Shown: one piece after another, positions 1-9,929 of the stretch | Numbering within the stretch: the first letter of the stretch is position 1 | Layout: each line of letters starts with the position of its first letter | NCBI GenBank assembly: GCA_051251915.1 | Contig: JBPOGF010000013.1 | Location: 64,001-128,000 of the forward strand | Length of the DNA stretch: 64,000 nt | DNA from: Akkermansiaceae bacterium | GTDB lineage: Bacteria > Verrucomicrobiota > Verrucomicrobiia > Verrucomicrobiales > Akkermansiaceae | Direction of reading: 5' to 3' | Program-made: the position numbers and the translations under genes | Notes under the pieces: model-generated | Told to the model about the DNA's origin: nothing | What the model saw: the letters and a program-made list of their open reading frames with translations, nothing else | Databases searched by the model: none

Positions 1-1761
1 ATCCGCCAAATCATCCAAAAGACCGGCACCATCTCCTCCCGCGTCCTCATGTCAAAAGCAGAAGACCCAGCCGCTCAGAAATTCAAAGACTACTTCGAAT
101 GGTCAGAACCCCTCCGCGACGTCCCATCCCACCGCCTCCTAGCCATGCGCCGTGGAGAAAAAGAAGGCTTCCTCTTCATGCGCATCTCCGCAGATGAAGA
201 AACAGCCCTAAATGCCCTCAGAAGACACTTCCTCCCCGCCACCCCCATCAACGACCAACTAGAACTCACCATCACAGACTGCTACAAGCGCCTCCTCTCA
301 CTCTCCCTAGAAACAGAATTCCGCATGCAAACCAAAAAAGACGCAGACGCAGAAGCCGTCCGCGTCTTCGCAGAAAACCTCCGCGAGCTCCTCCTAGCAT
401 CCCCACTAGGCCAAAAGCGCACCCTCGCCATCGACCCCGCATTCAGAACCGGCTGCAAAACCGTCGTCCTAGACGCCCAAGGCACCCTCCTCTACGACAC
501 CGTCCTCCACCTAACCCTAGGAGTAGCACAAGCAAAAGAAGCCATCATGCAAGTCCGCAAACTCGTCGAGAAATTCCAGATCGAAGCCATCGCCATCGGC
601 AACGGCACCGCATCCCGTGAAGCAGAAGGCGCCGTCAAACTCGCCAAACTCCCATCATCCATCCCAATAGTAATCGTCAACGAATCCGGCGCATCCATCT
701 ACTCCGCCAGTGAAGTAGCCCGTGATGAATTCCCAGACAAAGACGTCACCGTCCGCGGCGCAGTCTCCATCGGCCGCCGCCTCATGGACCCACTCTCAGA
801 ACTCGTCAAACTTGACCCAAAATCCATCGGAGTCGGCCAATACCAACACGACGTCGACCAAAACTCTCTCAAATCCAGCCTAGACGACACCGTCATCTCC
901 TGCGTAAACGGCGTCGGCGTAGAAGTAAACACCGCCTCCAAGCAACTCCTCTCCTACGTCTCCGGCCTCAACACCACCATCGCCCAAAACCTCATCCTCT
1001 ACAGAAACGAAAACGGCCCATTCACCTCACGCGCCCAACTCAAAAAAGTCCCACGCCTAGGAGAAAAAGCCTTCGAACAAGCCGCCGGCTTCCTCCGCAT
1101 CCGTGGCGCCAAACACCCCCTAGACGAATCCTCAGTCCACCCAGAACGCTACGCCCTAGTAAAACAAATGGCCACCGACGCAGGCTGCACCATCCCAGAC
1201 CTCCTAAAAAGCGAAACCGCCCGCAACAAAATCAACCTCCAAAACTACGTCTCAGCAGAAGTCGGACTCCCCACTCTAAAAGACATCCTAGCCGAACTCT
1301 CCAAACCCGGCCGAGACCCCCGCAAGCAATTCGAGCACTTCAGCTTCCAAGAAGGAATCGACAAACCCTCAGACCTAGAAAAAGGAATGAAGCTCCCCGG
1401 CATCGTCACCAACGTCACCAACTTCGGAGCCTTCGTAGACGTCGGCGTCCACCAAGACGGCCTTGTCCACATCTCCCAACTAGCAGACCACTTCATCCAA
1501 GACCCCGCAGAAGTCGTCAAAGTCGGCCAAAAAGTCCAAGTCACAGTAACCGAAGTTGACCTAACCCGCAACCGCATCGCCCTCTCCATGAAAGCCAACC
1601 CAGACACAACCGGAAGCGGAGCAAAAGTACCTAACAGAACATCACAAAACCAAAATCGAAGCGCCAACAAAAACCACAAACCAAGAAACAACAACCGCAA
1701 CGACAACAACAACCTAGGCGGCGGAAACTGGTTCGACAACGCCCTAAACAAAAAGCACTAA
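1..1761 (+). CDS. tex: Tex family RNA-binding transcription accessory protein (5'-partial)
   Basis: Frame is open from base 1. YqgF-like AIDPAFRTGCK and AIGNGTASRE, HhH region, DPKSIGVGQYQHDV, and C-terminal S1 domain (FGAFVDVGVHQDGLVHISQL). Confidence 0.95.
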   Translation: MRQIIQKTGTISSRVLMSKAEDPAAQKFKDYFEWSEPLRDVPSHRLLAMRRGEKEGFLFMRISADEETALNALRRHFLPATPINDQLELTITDCYKRLLSLSLETEFRMQTKKDADAEAVRVFAENLRELLLASPLGQKRTLAIDPAFRTGCKTVVLDAQGTLLYDTVLHLTLGVAQAKEAIMQVRKLVEKFQIEAIAIGNGTASREAEGAVKLAKLPSSIPIVIVNESGASIYSASEVARDEFPDKDVTVRGAVSIGRRLMDPLSELVKLDPKSIGVGQYQHDVDQNSLKSSLDDTVISCVNGVGVEVNTASKQLLSYVSGLNTTIAQNLILYRNENGPFTSRAQLKKVPRLGEKAFEQAAGFLRIRGAKHPLDESSVHPERYALVKQMATDAGCTIPDLLKSETARNKINLQNYVSAEVGLPTLKDILAELSKPGRDPRKQFEHFSFQEGIDKPSDLEKGMKLPGIVTNVTNFGAFVDVGVHQDGLVHISQLADHFIQDPAEVVKVGQKVQVTVTEVDLTRNRIALSMKANPDTTGSGAKVPNRTSQNQNRSANKNHKPRNNNRNDNNNLGGGNWFDNALNKKH

Positions 1762-2023
1762 TAAGTGTCTCCGAACTCTGGTCGGAAGTCAATCAACCCC
1801 TCCCATGGCGGCGATTTCCTACCGCAAAGCCCCCCTCTCACCAAAGGTGAAATTCATACACAAGCACAGGAAAAGAGATGACTCTATTTTCATGAGTTGA
1901 CACAGTTTGCAATATTTTCATCTCCTGTCATACCCCACTAACCTTCCCTCAAAACTCGACAAAAAAAATGATGCAAGCTTATACCTGCATCATAAGAGAA
2001 TTTTAGTAATATCGCTTTATATC

Positions 2024-2650
2024 CTATCGATAAACAGGCGGAACCCGATGATTCTGAATATCACTAAACAGCTGACTACTATTCATATATGATCTTGGCG
2101 GATTAGGCAAAGGACCATCATCAAGCACAGGCAACTTAGCACCAACACTAGAATCCCACTTCTGACTAGCACTCACATTAATAGGAGTCCCCACCCTGAC
2201 TAAATTATAAAACTGCGGAGCCACATGCCAAGGCAAACGCACACACCCCATACTACAAGGATAAGGCTTCACAAAACCCCAATGAAACCCATAAGCAGGC
2301 TTACCCGCAAACTCTACCCAATACGGCATAGGATAGCCCGCATCAGGATTAGAAATGCGACGTTTATCAGCATCCTTACGCCCCACCCTAGAGTTCCCCC
2401 CAGGTGTAGGAGAACCCGCTCTACCTACTCCAGCCCTCGTAGCAAGTAACACCCGGTCACCCTCCACCACATACACAGCACGAGCACCGGTGCTCACCTT
2501 AATCTCCACATCCGATGGATTATTCGGAGTTAAAGCCTTAGGATAATAACCAAAAGACCCCGTTGGAGCTGAACATGATGAGAACACCCCAACAGCCACT
2601 GCTGAAATACAAAGAAATAGTTTATTCATAATGCCTATACTAATAAACAT
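2024..2650 (-). CDS. L,D-transpeptidase (YkuD) family lipoprotein
   Basis: Lipobox-like FSSC; catalytic motif GFHWG...SMGCVRL. Start may be the second Met. Confidence 0.85.
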   Translation of the reverse strand: MFISIGIMNKLFLCISAVAVGVFSSCSAPTGSFGYYPKALTPNNPSDVEIKVSTGARAVYVVEGDRVLLATRAGVGRAGSPTPGGNSRVGRKDADKRRISNPDAGYPMPYWVEFAGKPAYGFHWGFVKPYPCSMGCVRLPWHVAPQFYNLVRVGTPINVSASQKWDSSVGAKLPVLDDGPLPNPPRSYMNSSQLFSDIQNHRVPPVYR

Positions 2651-2768
2651 CTCATCACCAAGTGTCGATTATTTTTGGTAATGAATTTGGTCACATTCCA
2701 ACAACACTAGATAAACGCAGCCTCTTGCTTTTCAACAAATGCATGAAAAAGTCTCAAGAATTCAGCAG

Positions 2769-3197
2769 CTATTGATAAGCGGTTAACTTCTTAGATAACC
2801 TTTGAGGAGGAATTCCATAGAAGAACTTAATTTCGATACAGAAATGACTGTAATTCTTAAACCCTAGAGACTCTGAAATAGTATGACTTGAGGCTCCCTC
2901 CATCATTTGACGTCGAGCCATCAAAGCACGATGCCTACGAAACAAGTCTTTGGGTTGAATCTCTAAAAACTTTAACATCAATGTTTCAAACTGGACACTA
3001 GTAAGCCCAATTTCTGAACAGACAGACTTAACCCGAAACCTATGTTTTTCAGCAAGTTCAAGAATGTCGATGTGATCATTCATCAAAATTCTGTTTCCAT
3101 CTCTAGTGATTTTATGTTTTATCCTTGTCATGGCTCTAAATATATTCTTTGTAGTGCATCTAAACCAATTAGATGACTTAATAAATGAAAATCTCAC
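2769..3197 (-). CDS. Small AraC-type HTH-only protein
   Basis: C-terminal AraC signature ISESLGFKNYSHFCIEIKFFYGIPP; no sensing domain; start uncertain. Confidence 0.7.
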   Translation of the reverse strand: MRFSFIKSSNWFRCTTKNIFRAMTRIKHKITRDGNRILMNDHIDILELAEKHRFRVKSVCSEIGLTSVQFETLMLKFLEIQPKDLFRRHRALMARRQMMEGASSHTISESLGFKNYSHFCIEIKFFYGIPPQRLSKKLTAYQ

Positions 3198-3266
3198 TTT
3201 TTAAATAAGAAAATCCCTAAGATTTTTTAAATATAAAGGTATCCCCCAATTCAGTAAAGATAAATA

Positions 3267-4679
3267 ATGAATTTCTTCAATAACCAAGAAAAAACTATAA
3301 GTTGCCACAATTCCAATGGTGAAGCTATCCAAGCTAGCTTATTAAACTTAAGCCGTTATTCCGCTTCATTCGAAGTATATAACCCATACAGTATTATGCA
3401 GTTATCTGAAGTCCTTCAAGATTTTCAGATTAAAATGCAAGGAAAACTAATTTATGAAGGCGAAGCTGTGGTTTCTGGACTTATAAATACAGGGGTTCTA
3501 GTAGTCTGTGAGGTTTCACTAACTGGAACTTGGTACGATGTCGATTTACATAAAAGACGTGAAAGCGGCAACAAAAACTTAGATACTGAGTTTACTAACT
3601 ACCTAGAGTCTTGGAAAGAGATTCATCAATTGTCTGATGAATTCAAGCTCATTGTTGCAGATATGCAGAGCATACTCATGGGCATTGAGCGCTGGGTGAA
3701 CGAAATTGAACTAAGCGTAAAATCCCTTAGCGATGAAAAACGCGACAATGAAGAACGTGAAATTCTAGCCACCATTAGAGAACAATTTACGATGGAGTTC
3801 TCCCCTCATATGGATGCGCTTGAACGTATCCATAAAACGATAGATCCAGCACACTTAAACTCATACAAATACTACATCAGAAGGCATCTACACCCCTTCA
3901 TACTCTGTGCCCCTTTTCCTTTCAGGACATTCCAAAAACCATTAGGTTATGCGGGTGACTATGAAATGGTGGCAATGATGTTGAGAGATAGCTCCGAAGG
4001 ATGCAGCATGTTTGCTAAGTTAGTCAACTATGCGTTTCTTGGAATGGATCCCGTTATAGCTCATCGTAATAGAATCACTTACCTTCATGACTCTATACGG
4101 GAAATCACTAAGGCTAAGAGCATGAACAATGGGCGGCCAAGAATATTAAATCTCGGTTGTGGGCCAGCTCAAGAAATCCAACGATTTATAACACAAGACT
4201 CCGAGTCTGATTTTGCAGATTTCACACTATTAGATTTTAATTTAGAAACCCTTCAATACACCAGTGGTGTATTATCTGATTTAAAGACTAAGCACCAAAG
4301 AACAGTTGATGTCACTTACCTAGAACGCTCAGTAAATCAATTATTGAGACAATCCAATAGAGGCGATATCGATATGGAGTGGGAATCATTCGATCTAGTT
4401 TACTGTGCAGGCCTGTTTGACTACTTATCCCAGAAAGTTTGTAAGAGACTAGTCAGCCTATTCTATAAGCTAATAGCACCAGGTGGCAAAGTGATAGTCA
4501 CAAATGTTTCTGACACAAACCCTCGCATAGGAGGCATGGAACTGCTACTGGAATGGAATTTGATATACCGAGACAACGAGGGAATGCTAGATCTAATTCC
4601 AAACACGATGGGTGTAACGCACGATCTAACAGCAGATGAAACGGGCGTAAATCTTTTCCTAGAGATCAGTAAACCATGA
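3267..4679 (+). CDS. phcB: PhcB-like class I SAM-dependent methyltransferase (putative signal synthase)
   Basis: KPLGYAGDYEMV, SAM motif ILNLGCGPA, FDLVYCAGLFDYL, APGG; 470 aa; directly followed by a sensor kinase and receiver protein, as in phcBSRQ. Confidence 0.75.
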   Translation: MNFFNNQEKTISCHNSNGEAIQASLLNLSRYSASFEVYNPYSIMQLSEVLQDFQIKMQGKLIYEGEAVVSGLINTGVLVVCEVSLTGTWYDVDLHKRRESGNKNLDTEFTNYLESWKEIHQLSDEFKLIVADMQSILMGIERWVNEIELSVKSLSDEKRDNEEREILATIREQFTMEFSPHMDALERIHKTIDPAHLNSYKYYIRRHLHPFILCAPFPFRTFQKPLGYAGDYEMVAMMLRDSSEGCSMFAKLVNYAFLGMDPVIAHRNRITYLHDSIREITKAKSMNNGRPRILNLGCGPAQEIQRFITQDSESDFADFTLLDFNLETLQYTSGVLSDLKTKHQRTVDVTYLERSVNQLLRQSNRGDIDMEWESFDLVYCAGLFDYLSQKVCKRLVSLFYKLIAPGGKVIVTNVSDTNPRIGGMELLLEWNLIYRDNEGMLDLIPNTMGVTHDLTADETGVNLFLEISKP

Positions 4680-7300
4680 GATTAACTAAAGAAAATTCAG
4701 CAGATTACGCACTGCGTGAACGATTTGAATTATCTGAGCAAATCATTAGAAAGCCTAACTATCAGACTGCGATAATTTTATCGTTTCTGTTTACCATGTT
4801 AGGGGTTCTCTTGGATATTTGGGTGTACCCAGATTATGTCCTCCCCTTCTTCTTCTTAAGAATAATAACCGGAGCCGGATTGATCTTGGCGTGGTTATTA
4901 CTGCACTATTCTAATAATCACAAGCTACATACCGCGGGGGCTTATAGTGCGGCAATATTACCCAGTGTCTGTGCCACAGCCATCATGTATTTAGTGAATG
5001 GAGGAAATTCTATTTATTATGGCGGACTAATTCTAGTCTTAGTCTGCTCTTCGATGCTTTTGAGATGGCAATTTCGGGATAGTCTTATCAATTCAGTTGC
5101 CTGCGTTAGTCTTTATTTGATTTTGCTAGCATTAGAGAATTTTAGTAAACCTGATGGGTTTGTACACTTGTTTTATATCATCGCCACCGCTGTATTTGCG
5201 AGTTGCGGAGTTTTATTTACAGAAAAATTAAGATTTAAAGAATTTGTTCTATTAGAAAAACTCGAGAGTAGTAAAAAAGAACTAGAAAAACAAAACCTTA
5301 AAATGATCGAGCTAGATCGAGTTAAGACTAGCTTCTTTGCTAATATTAGTCATGAGCTACGCACTCCGCTAACTCTAATAATGGGCCCTATTGAGACACT
5401 AACCCATAAAGCAGCTAAATGGAACGACGAGCAAGCTAATGAACATTTAAAGCTCATGAAATCAAATAGTCTGAGGCTACTCAGATTAGTCAATGAAGTT
5501 CTAGACTTGATCAAATTGGACCTATCTGAATACCCTGTTAATAAATCACCTACAGCTGTAAATCAATTTTGTGAAGATATCATTAACAGTGTGGAAATAC
5601 TAGCACAGAAAAAACGAATAAAGGTTAATTTTACAGGTAGCCCTGAGCTCAAAGCATGGGTCGACCGTAGATCTATAGAAAAAATCATTCTGAACTTGCT
5701 CATGAATGCCGTGAAATTCACTCCTGCAGGTGGTGAAATTAATTTCAGCTTAAACTACAATTTGGACGGAATATTACTAGAAGTAAGTGATAATGGAGAA
5801 GGAATGAAAAGCGAGGACATCCCCATGGTTTTTGAGCGCTTTTGGCAAGCTGATATGTCAGCCAAAAGGAAACATGGTGGTGCAGGACTAGGACTTGCTC
5901 TAGTAAAAAATCTAGTAGATACGATGGACGGGGAAATTGACCTCCAATCCACAATTGATAAAGGAACAACATTTAATATATTTATACCTGCAACCTTCTG
6001 CCCAGAATTAGAACTCGTTGCTGATGATAATACGAAAATGGATATTGTTGAAGACTTCAATACACAGGCACGCCTTGTGAACCGCATGGAGAGTCACACC
6101 ATCGAGCCCTCAGCTACAATTGATTTCTATAATGACGGCCGGGCTGCATCGAAAAAACACACCATACTCATCGTCGATGATGAACCAGACTTGAGGAGCT
6201 TTATCAGTGGAGAGCTAAGCGAATACGATATACTTACGGCTTCAGACGGTGCTGAAGGATGGGAAAAGGCCAAACAGTACTTACCTGATCTTATTGTCTT
6301 AGACTTAGAGATGCCTCGTAAGGATGGACTGGAGGTCACAAGTCTACTCAGAGCTCACCCTAGCACGGAAAGAATACCGATCATACTAGTCACAGCCAAA
6401 GCAGATGAAGTCAACAAGCTTGAGGCCCTAAACCTAGGGGTGAACGATTTCTTAAGTAAACCTTTCTCAAGCGCTGAGCTGCACACAAGAGTCGATAACC
6501 TCATTATGAATTATCTTTTCGAGGTTGAACTTCGCAAAAATAATGCCCGGCTAGAGAAAGCTCTAGAGAAAATTAAAGAGCAAGAAGCTACTGTTGTAAA
6601 AGCAGAAAAGGTCTCTTCTCTGGCTGTGATGAGCGCTGGTATTGTTCATGAAGTAAATAACCCTTTAAACTACGTAAGAACTGCTCTTCATGCATTAAAA
6701 ACATTTGAAGATGATATTACAGAGGATGAAAAAGAAGACTTTAAAGAAACCGTCGGAGATGCTTCTGAGGGCTTAGATAGAGTGATCAGAATCATTACAG
6801 ATCTTCGCGCTCTAACCCATGGAGATAGCTATTCTGCGTATAATGAAGTCTCTGCAGATAGAATATATGAAACAGCATGTAAACTTTCTGGAAATAAACT
6901 TGATGGCACTAAAATTGAAGTAGACATTCAGGATGACCTGTTTATTTTAGGCAATGAATTACAGCTTGGCCAAGTGCTTTCAAATATGCTAATTAATGCA
7001 AGCTTAGCAACAAAAGAGCAGGATAGAGAAGGCTTAATAAAAATCCAAATGATAGGAGATCAGGGAAAAGGAATTAAAATATCCATTACTGATAACGGCG
7101 TGGGCATCGATGAAGAAGAGCTAGATAAAATTTTTGATCCATTTTTCACAAAACGTGATGTCGGAGAAGGCATGGGCCTAGGATTAAGCATTTGTCAGAA
7201 AATAATACATAGCCATAAAGGACTCATTTCATGTGATTCAGAGAAAGGAGAATGGACTTCTTTTACTATTCAATTGCCAGAAGCCTCGATTGATGATTAA
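4676..7300 (+). CDS. Membrane hybrid histidine kinase, TM-HisKA-HATPase-REC-HisKA-HATPase (PhcS+PhcR-like fusion)
   Basis: About 6 N-terminal TM segments; H-box SHELRTPL; GAGLGL; REC (IVDDE, DLEMP, KPF); second H-box HEVNNPL; GMGLGL. Overlaps the phcB stop (ATGA). Confidence 0.9.
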   Translation: MRLTKENSADYALRERFELSEQIIRKPNYQTAIILSFLFTMLGVLLDIWVYPDYVLPFFFLRIITGAGLILAWLLLHYSNNHKLHTAGAYSAAILPSVCATAIMYLVNGGNSIYYGGLILVLVCSSMLLRWQFRDSLINSVACVSLYLILLALENFSKPDGFVHLFYIIATAVFASCGVLFTEKLRFKEFVLLEKLESSKKELEKQNLKMIELDRVKTSFFANISHELRTPLTLIMGPIETLTHKAAKWNDEQANEHLKLMKSNSLRLLRLVNEVLDLIKLDLSEYPVNKSPTAVNQFCEDIINSVEILAQKKRIKVNFTGSPELKAWVDRRSIEKIILNLLMNAVKFTPAGGEINFSLNYNLDGILLEVSDNGEGMKSEDIPMVFERFWQADMSAKRKHGGAGLGLALVKNLVDTMDGEIDLQSTIDKGTTFNIFIPATFCPELELVADDNTKMDIVEDFNTQARLVNRMESHTIEPSATIDFYNDGRAASKKHTILIVDDEPDLRSFISGELSEYDILTASDGAEGWEKAKQYLPDLIVLDLEMPRKDGLEVTSLLRAHPSTERIPIILVTAKADEVNKLEALNLGVNDFLSKPFSSAELHTRVDNLIMNYLFEVELRKNNARLEKALEKIKEQEATVVKAEKVSSLAVMSAGIVHEVNNPLNYVRTALHALKTFEDDITEDEKEDFKETVGDASEGLDRVIRIITDLRALTHGDSYSAYNEVSADRIYETACKLSGNKLDGTKIEVDIQDDLFILGNELQLGQVLSNMLINASLATKEQDREGLIKIQMIGDQGKGIKISITDNGVGIDEEELDKIFDPFFTKRDVGEGMGLGLSICQKIIHSHKGLISCDSEKGEWTSFTIQLPEASIDD

Positions 7301-7347
7301 TTTGTCTGAGCGATCACCATACCAAAAAATTATACAACCACTTATTT

Positions 7348-8520
7348 ATGTTAAACGAAGACAAGCCAAGTATCTTATTTGTTGATGATGAAGAAAAAAC
7401 GAGGAAATATTTTGCTCGCCTCTTTAAAAAAGAATTCACAATACTAACTGCAGATGACGGAGTTCACGCATTAGAAGTATTTAAAGAGCATCAAGAAAAA
7501 ATTGGTGTGGTTATTACTGATCAACGAATGCCCAGAGAGACTGGTTCACAATTCTTAGCGAAAGTAGCTGAAATCAAACCTTCAACCGTTCGTATTCTCT
7601 CAACTGCATACGCGGATATGGATGCTGCTATTGACTCAGTTAATAAAGGAGGAATCTATCGCTATATTACTAAACCATGGGAAATCGCTGACCTCGAAAT
7701 CACTCTAAGAAGAGCAGTTGAATTATATGAACTTGTGAGAGAAAGAGATAGTCTCCTTCAGCATAAGCTTTCAAGCCTGCAAGGGTTAGCCGGCTCAGAC
7801 AGACTTCTGTCTTTAGCCAGTATGACCGTTTTTAGTACTCAAAATTTACAGAACCTAGACGAAGCTCTAAGTGCTATCGCACAATTGGCTGATATTGATG
7901 ACTTTGATAACAGCGTATCGGATTCAGATCCTGTAGCAACATCATGGAATAATATCTACAAACAGCATTTAAACTTCCTCAAAACAGTATCTCAAGCATT
8001 TCCAAATGATTTCACCGAAGGTGAAAGACTAACCAATGGATCAGTCGACGTTAATAAGATGCTCGAGAAGTCTCTGGCTAATCAATCATTCATGAGACTT
8101 CGTGAAAACAGCGAAGAATTGTCGTGGCCAGGAACCGAAGAAAGAATCCTAGACCTAATAGAACCATTTTTCAAAAGCTTGGAACTAATACTAGCAGATG
8201 CTGGTGAGTGTACTATGGAAATCAGGAAAAGTGGTCTAGAACTTCGCTTACCTTCACGCCTTATCTCTAAACACCTGAAGCATTTAAGGCACTCTACTGA
8301 TACTAACATTCCTATTGAAGGCGTCGTAAATTTTGTTGTCTCACTTTTCAAATTAGGCCACTTTGGTGCTCGATTTGATGTATTCCCAGAAACAGGCAAT
8401 TCCCTAGTTAGATTAAGAGTATCCTTTGACCTCGATAGGTTGCCAGGCTCTGATGAACCTGTATGGGAAGCTTTAGCTAGATCATTGGCTGACAACGATA
8501 TGTTCTGGAATAGACTCTAA
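7348..8520 (+). CDS. Response regulator receiver protein, PhcQ-like
   Basis: ILFVDDEEKTRKYF, TDQRMP, YITKPW; C-terminal part has no recognisable DNA-binding domain. Confidence 0.8.
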   Translation: MLNEDKPSILFVDDEEKTRKYFARLFKKEFTILTADDGVHALEVFKEHQEKIGVVITDQRMPRETGSQFLAKVAEIKPSTVRILSTAYADMDAAIDSVNKGGIYRYITKPWEIADLEITLRRAVELYELVRERDSLLQHKLSSLQGLAGSDRLLSLASMTVFSTQNLQNLDEALSAIAQLADIDDFDNSVSDSDPVATSWNNIYKQHLNFLKTVSQAFPNDFTEGERLTNGSVDVNKMLEKSLANQSFMRLRENSEELSWPGTEERILDLIEPFFKSLELILADAGECTMEIRKSGLELRLPSRLISKHLKHLRHSTDTNIPIEGVVNFVVSLFKLGHFGARFDVFPETGNSLVRLRVSFDLDRLPGSDEPVWEALARSLADNDMFWNRL

Positions 8521-8549
8521 GTATAATAATCCATTCAAATCGCTTTATT

Positions 8550-8581
8550 AAAAAGCCCACTGTTTGATCAGTAGGCTTTTT
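8550..8581. terminator. Bidirectional rho-independent terminator
   Basis: AAAAAGCCCACTG-TTTGAT-CAGTAGGCTTTTT between convergent genes. Confidence 0.75.
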
Positions 8582-8661
8582 AGGCTATTGTTCAAGTAAG
8601 TATCGAATTACAACACTAGCCAATGATTCATGATGTAATTTTAAATACTGAAAAATTATTC

Positions 8662-9876
8662 TTAAAATTTATAGCTGGCTGATAAATTGATCGCTTGATT
8701 CAGCACATGATAGTTGCCATCCGCAGTTTGCCCCACAAGAGAGACTCCAGTATTGCCTGAAACATCTCTCCCTGAATTATAGGCCATATGATAACCTAGA
8801 GCCCAGCTTATGGTATCTGTTTTATGCCCCACTCCCACACTAAACAGATGGAGGTTTGCATCAGGGTTCAACGGAGAGAATGTAGAGTCAGGAGCTGAGT
8901 TTTCACTGTAAATATAGCCGGCACTCACATAGTAACCATTGCATAAATAACGTGTAACTCCAAATTCATACATAAAACTAGACTCATAGTTAAATGGAAA
9001 ATCTACATCTCCTAGTGCGGTACCTGATAGCGTAGTTACATTCACGGCATCCCAGTCTGTCCAATCAATATTAAACTCAAAATTCCAATCTTTATTAGGT
9101 CTGTATGATACGCCTAAGTCAATATTCTGCGGAAAAACTAGTGATGCAGATGTATCCAACCAAGATGTGTCTGGACTAAACTCAGCCATCGCTCTGGAAC
9201 GCCCATCGTAATTCATCTGAGTTTCTAATTTATAACTAAGACCAAATGACCACTTAACATGAGGCTGCCATAACATTCCAAAATTCAAGCCAGCATCTAA
9301 GTCATTCCCCTCAAAACTGAAACGATCAGTAACACTGGTAAGTGCCCTATCAAAATCAATATTAGAATAGTTAAGAGTCACACTTCCTCCAATAGATAAG
9401 GAATCAGAAAGCTTATAAGCTACTGTGGGCGCCACACTAACGTAAGCGAGCGATCCTTTTTGCGCTAGAGTATTAAACGGATTATCATCACCGTAATCAA
9501 TGCCTAAGCCATAGGGAGCGTAAACTCCTAAACCATAGGACCATGGTGAGTCTTCTGGTGAATAAACAAAGTGTAACTGAGGCACAACTTGCACGTTACT
9601 CTTAGTTTCAGCTTTCCCAAAAGCTCCAGTGTAATCAATATCTGTACTAATATTATAAAACCCTAAACTCAACTGTCTCCCCTCCAGCTGCGTGATCCCT
9701 GCCGGATTATGGTAAATAGCCGAAGGGTTATCAGCTGTTGCTACAAAAGCATTTCCTCGCGCTATGCCATCAGGATCCTGGTTAGGGAGCCTAAAGCCAA
9801 CAGCATGGGTTAAGCTAGACAAAGCAATAGAACACGACGATAGAATTAAATAATTTTTCATGATAATTTTGCTCAT
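8662..9876 (-). CDS. FadL/OmpP1 family outer-membrane hydrophobic-compound transporter
   Basis: Signal peptide then GFRL..., ARGNAFVATADNPSAIYHNPAG (FadL NPA motif); beta-strand pattern; C-terminal Phe. Confidence 0.9.
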   Translation of the reverse strand: MSKIIMKNYLILSSCSIALSSLTHAVGFRLPNQDPDGIARGNAFVATADNPSAIYHNPAGITQLEGRQLSLGFYNISTDIDYTGAFGKAETKSNVQVVPQLHFVYSPEDSPWSYGLGVYAPYGLGIDYGDDNPFNTLAQKGSLAYVSVAPTVAYKLSDSLSIGGSVTLNYSNIDFDRALTSVTDRFSFEGNDLDAGLNFGMLWQPHVKWSFGLSYKLETQMNYDGRSRAMAEFSPDTSWLDTSASLVFPQNIDLGVSYRPNKDWNFEFNIDWTDWDAVNVTTLSGTALGDVDFPFNYESSFMYEFGVTRYLCNGYYVSAGYIYSENSAPDSTFSPLNPDANLHLFSVGVGHKTDTISWALGYHMAYNSGRDVSGNTGVSLVGQTADGNYHVLNQAINLSASYKF

Positions 9877-9929
9877 AGAGCTATTAATAAATATTAAATA
9901 TACAGTAACCTTTAATAGCAGAAGGAATA

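Noticed and set aside
90..1751. Antisense and alternate-frame ORFs here and across the window (e.g. 23530-24186, 30214-30735, 37687-38211)
   Set aside because: They shadow well-supported genes; the skewed codon usage depletes stops and yields H/P/R-rich non-protein-like translations.
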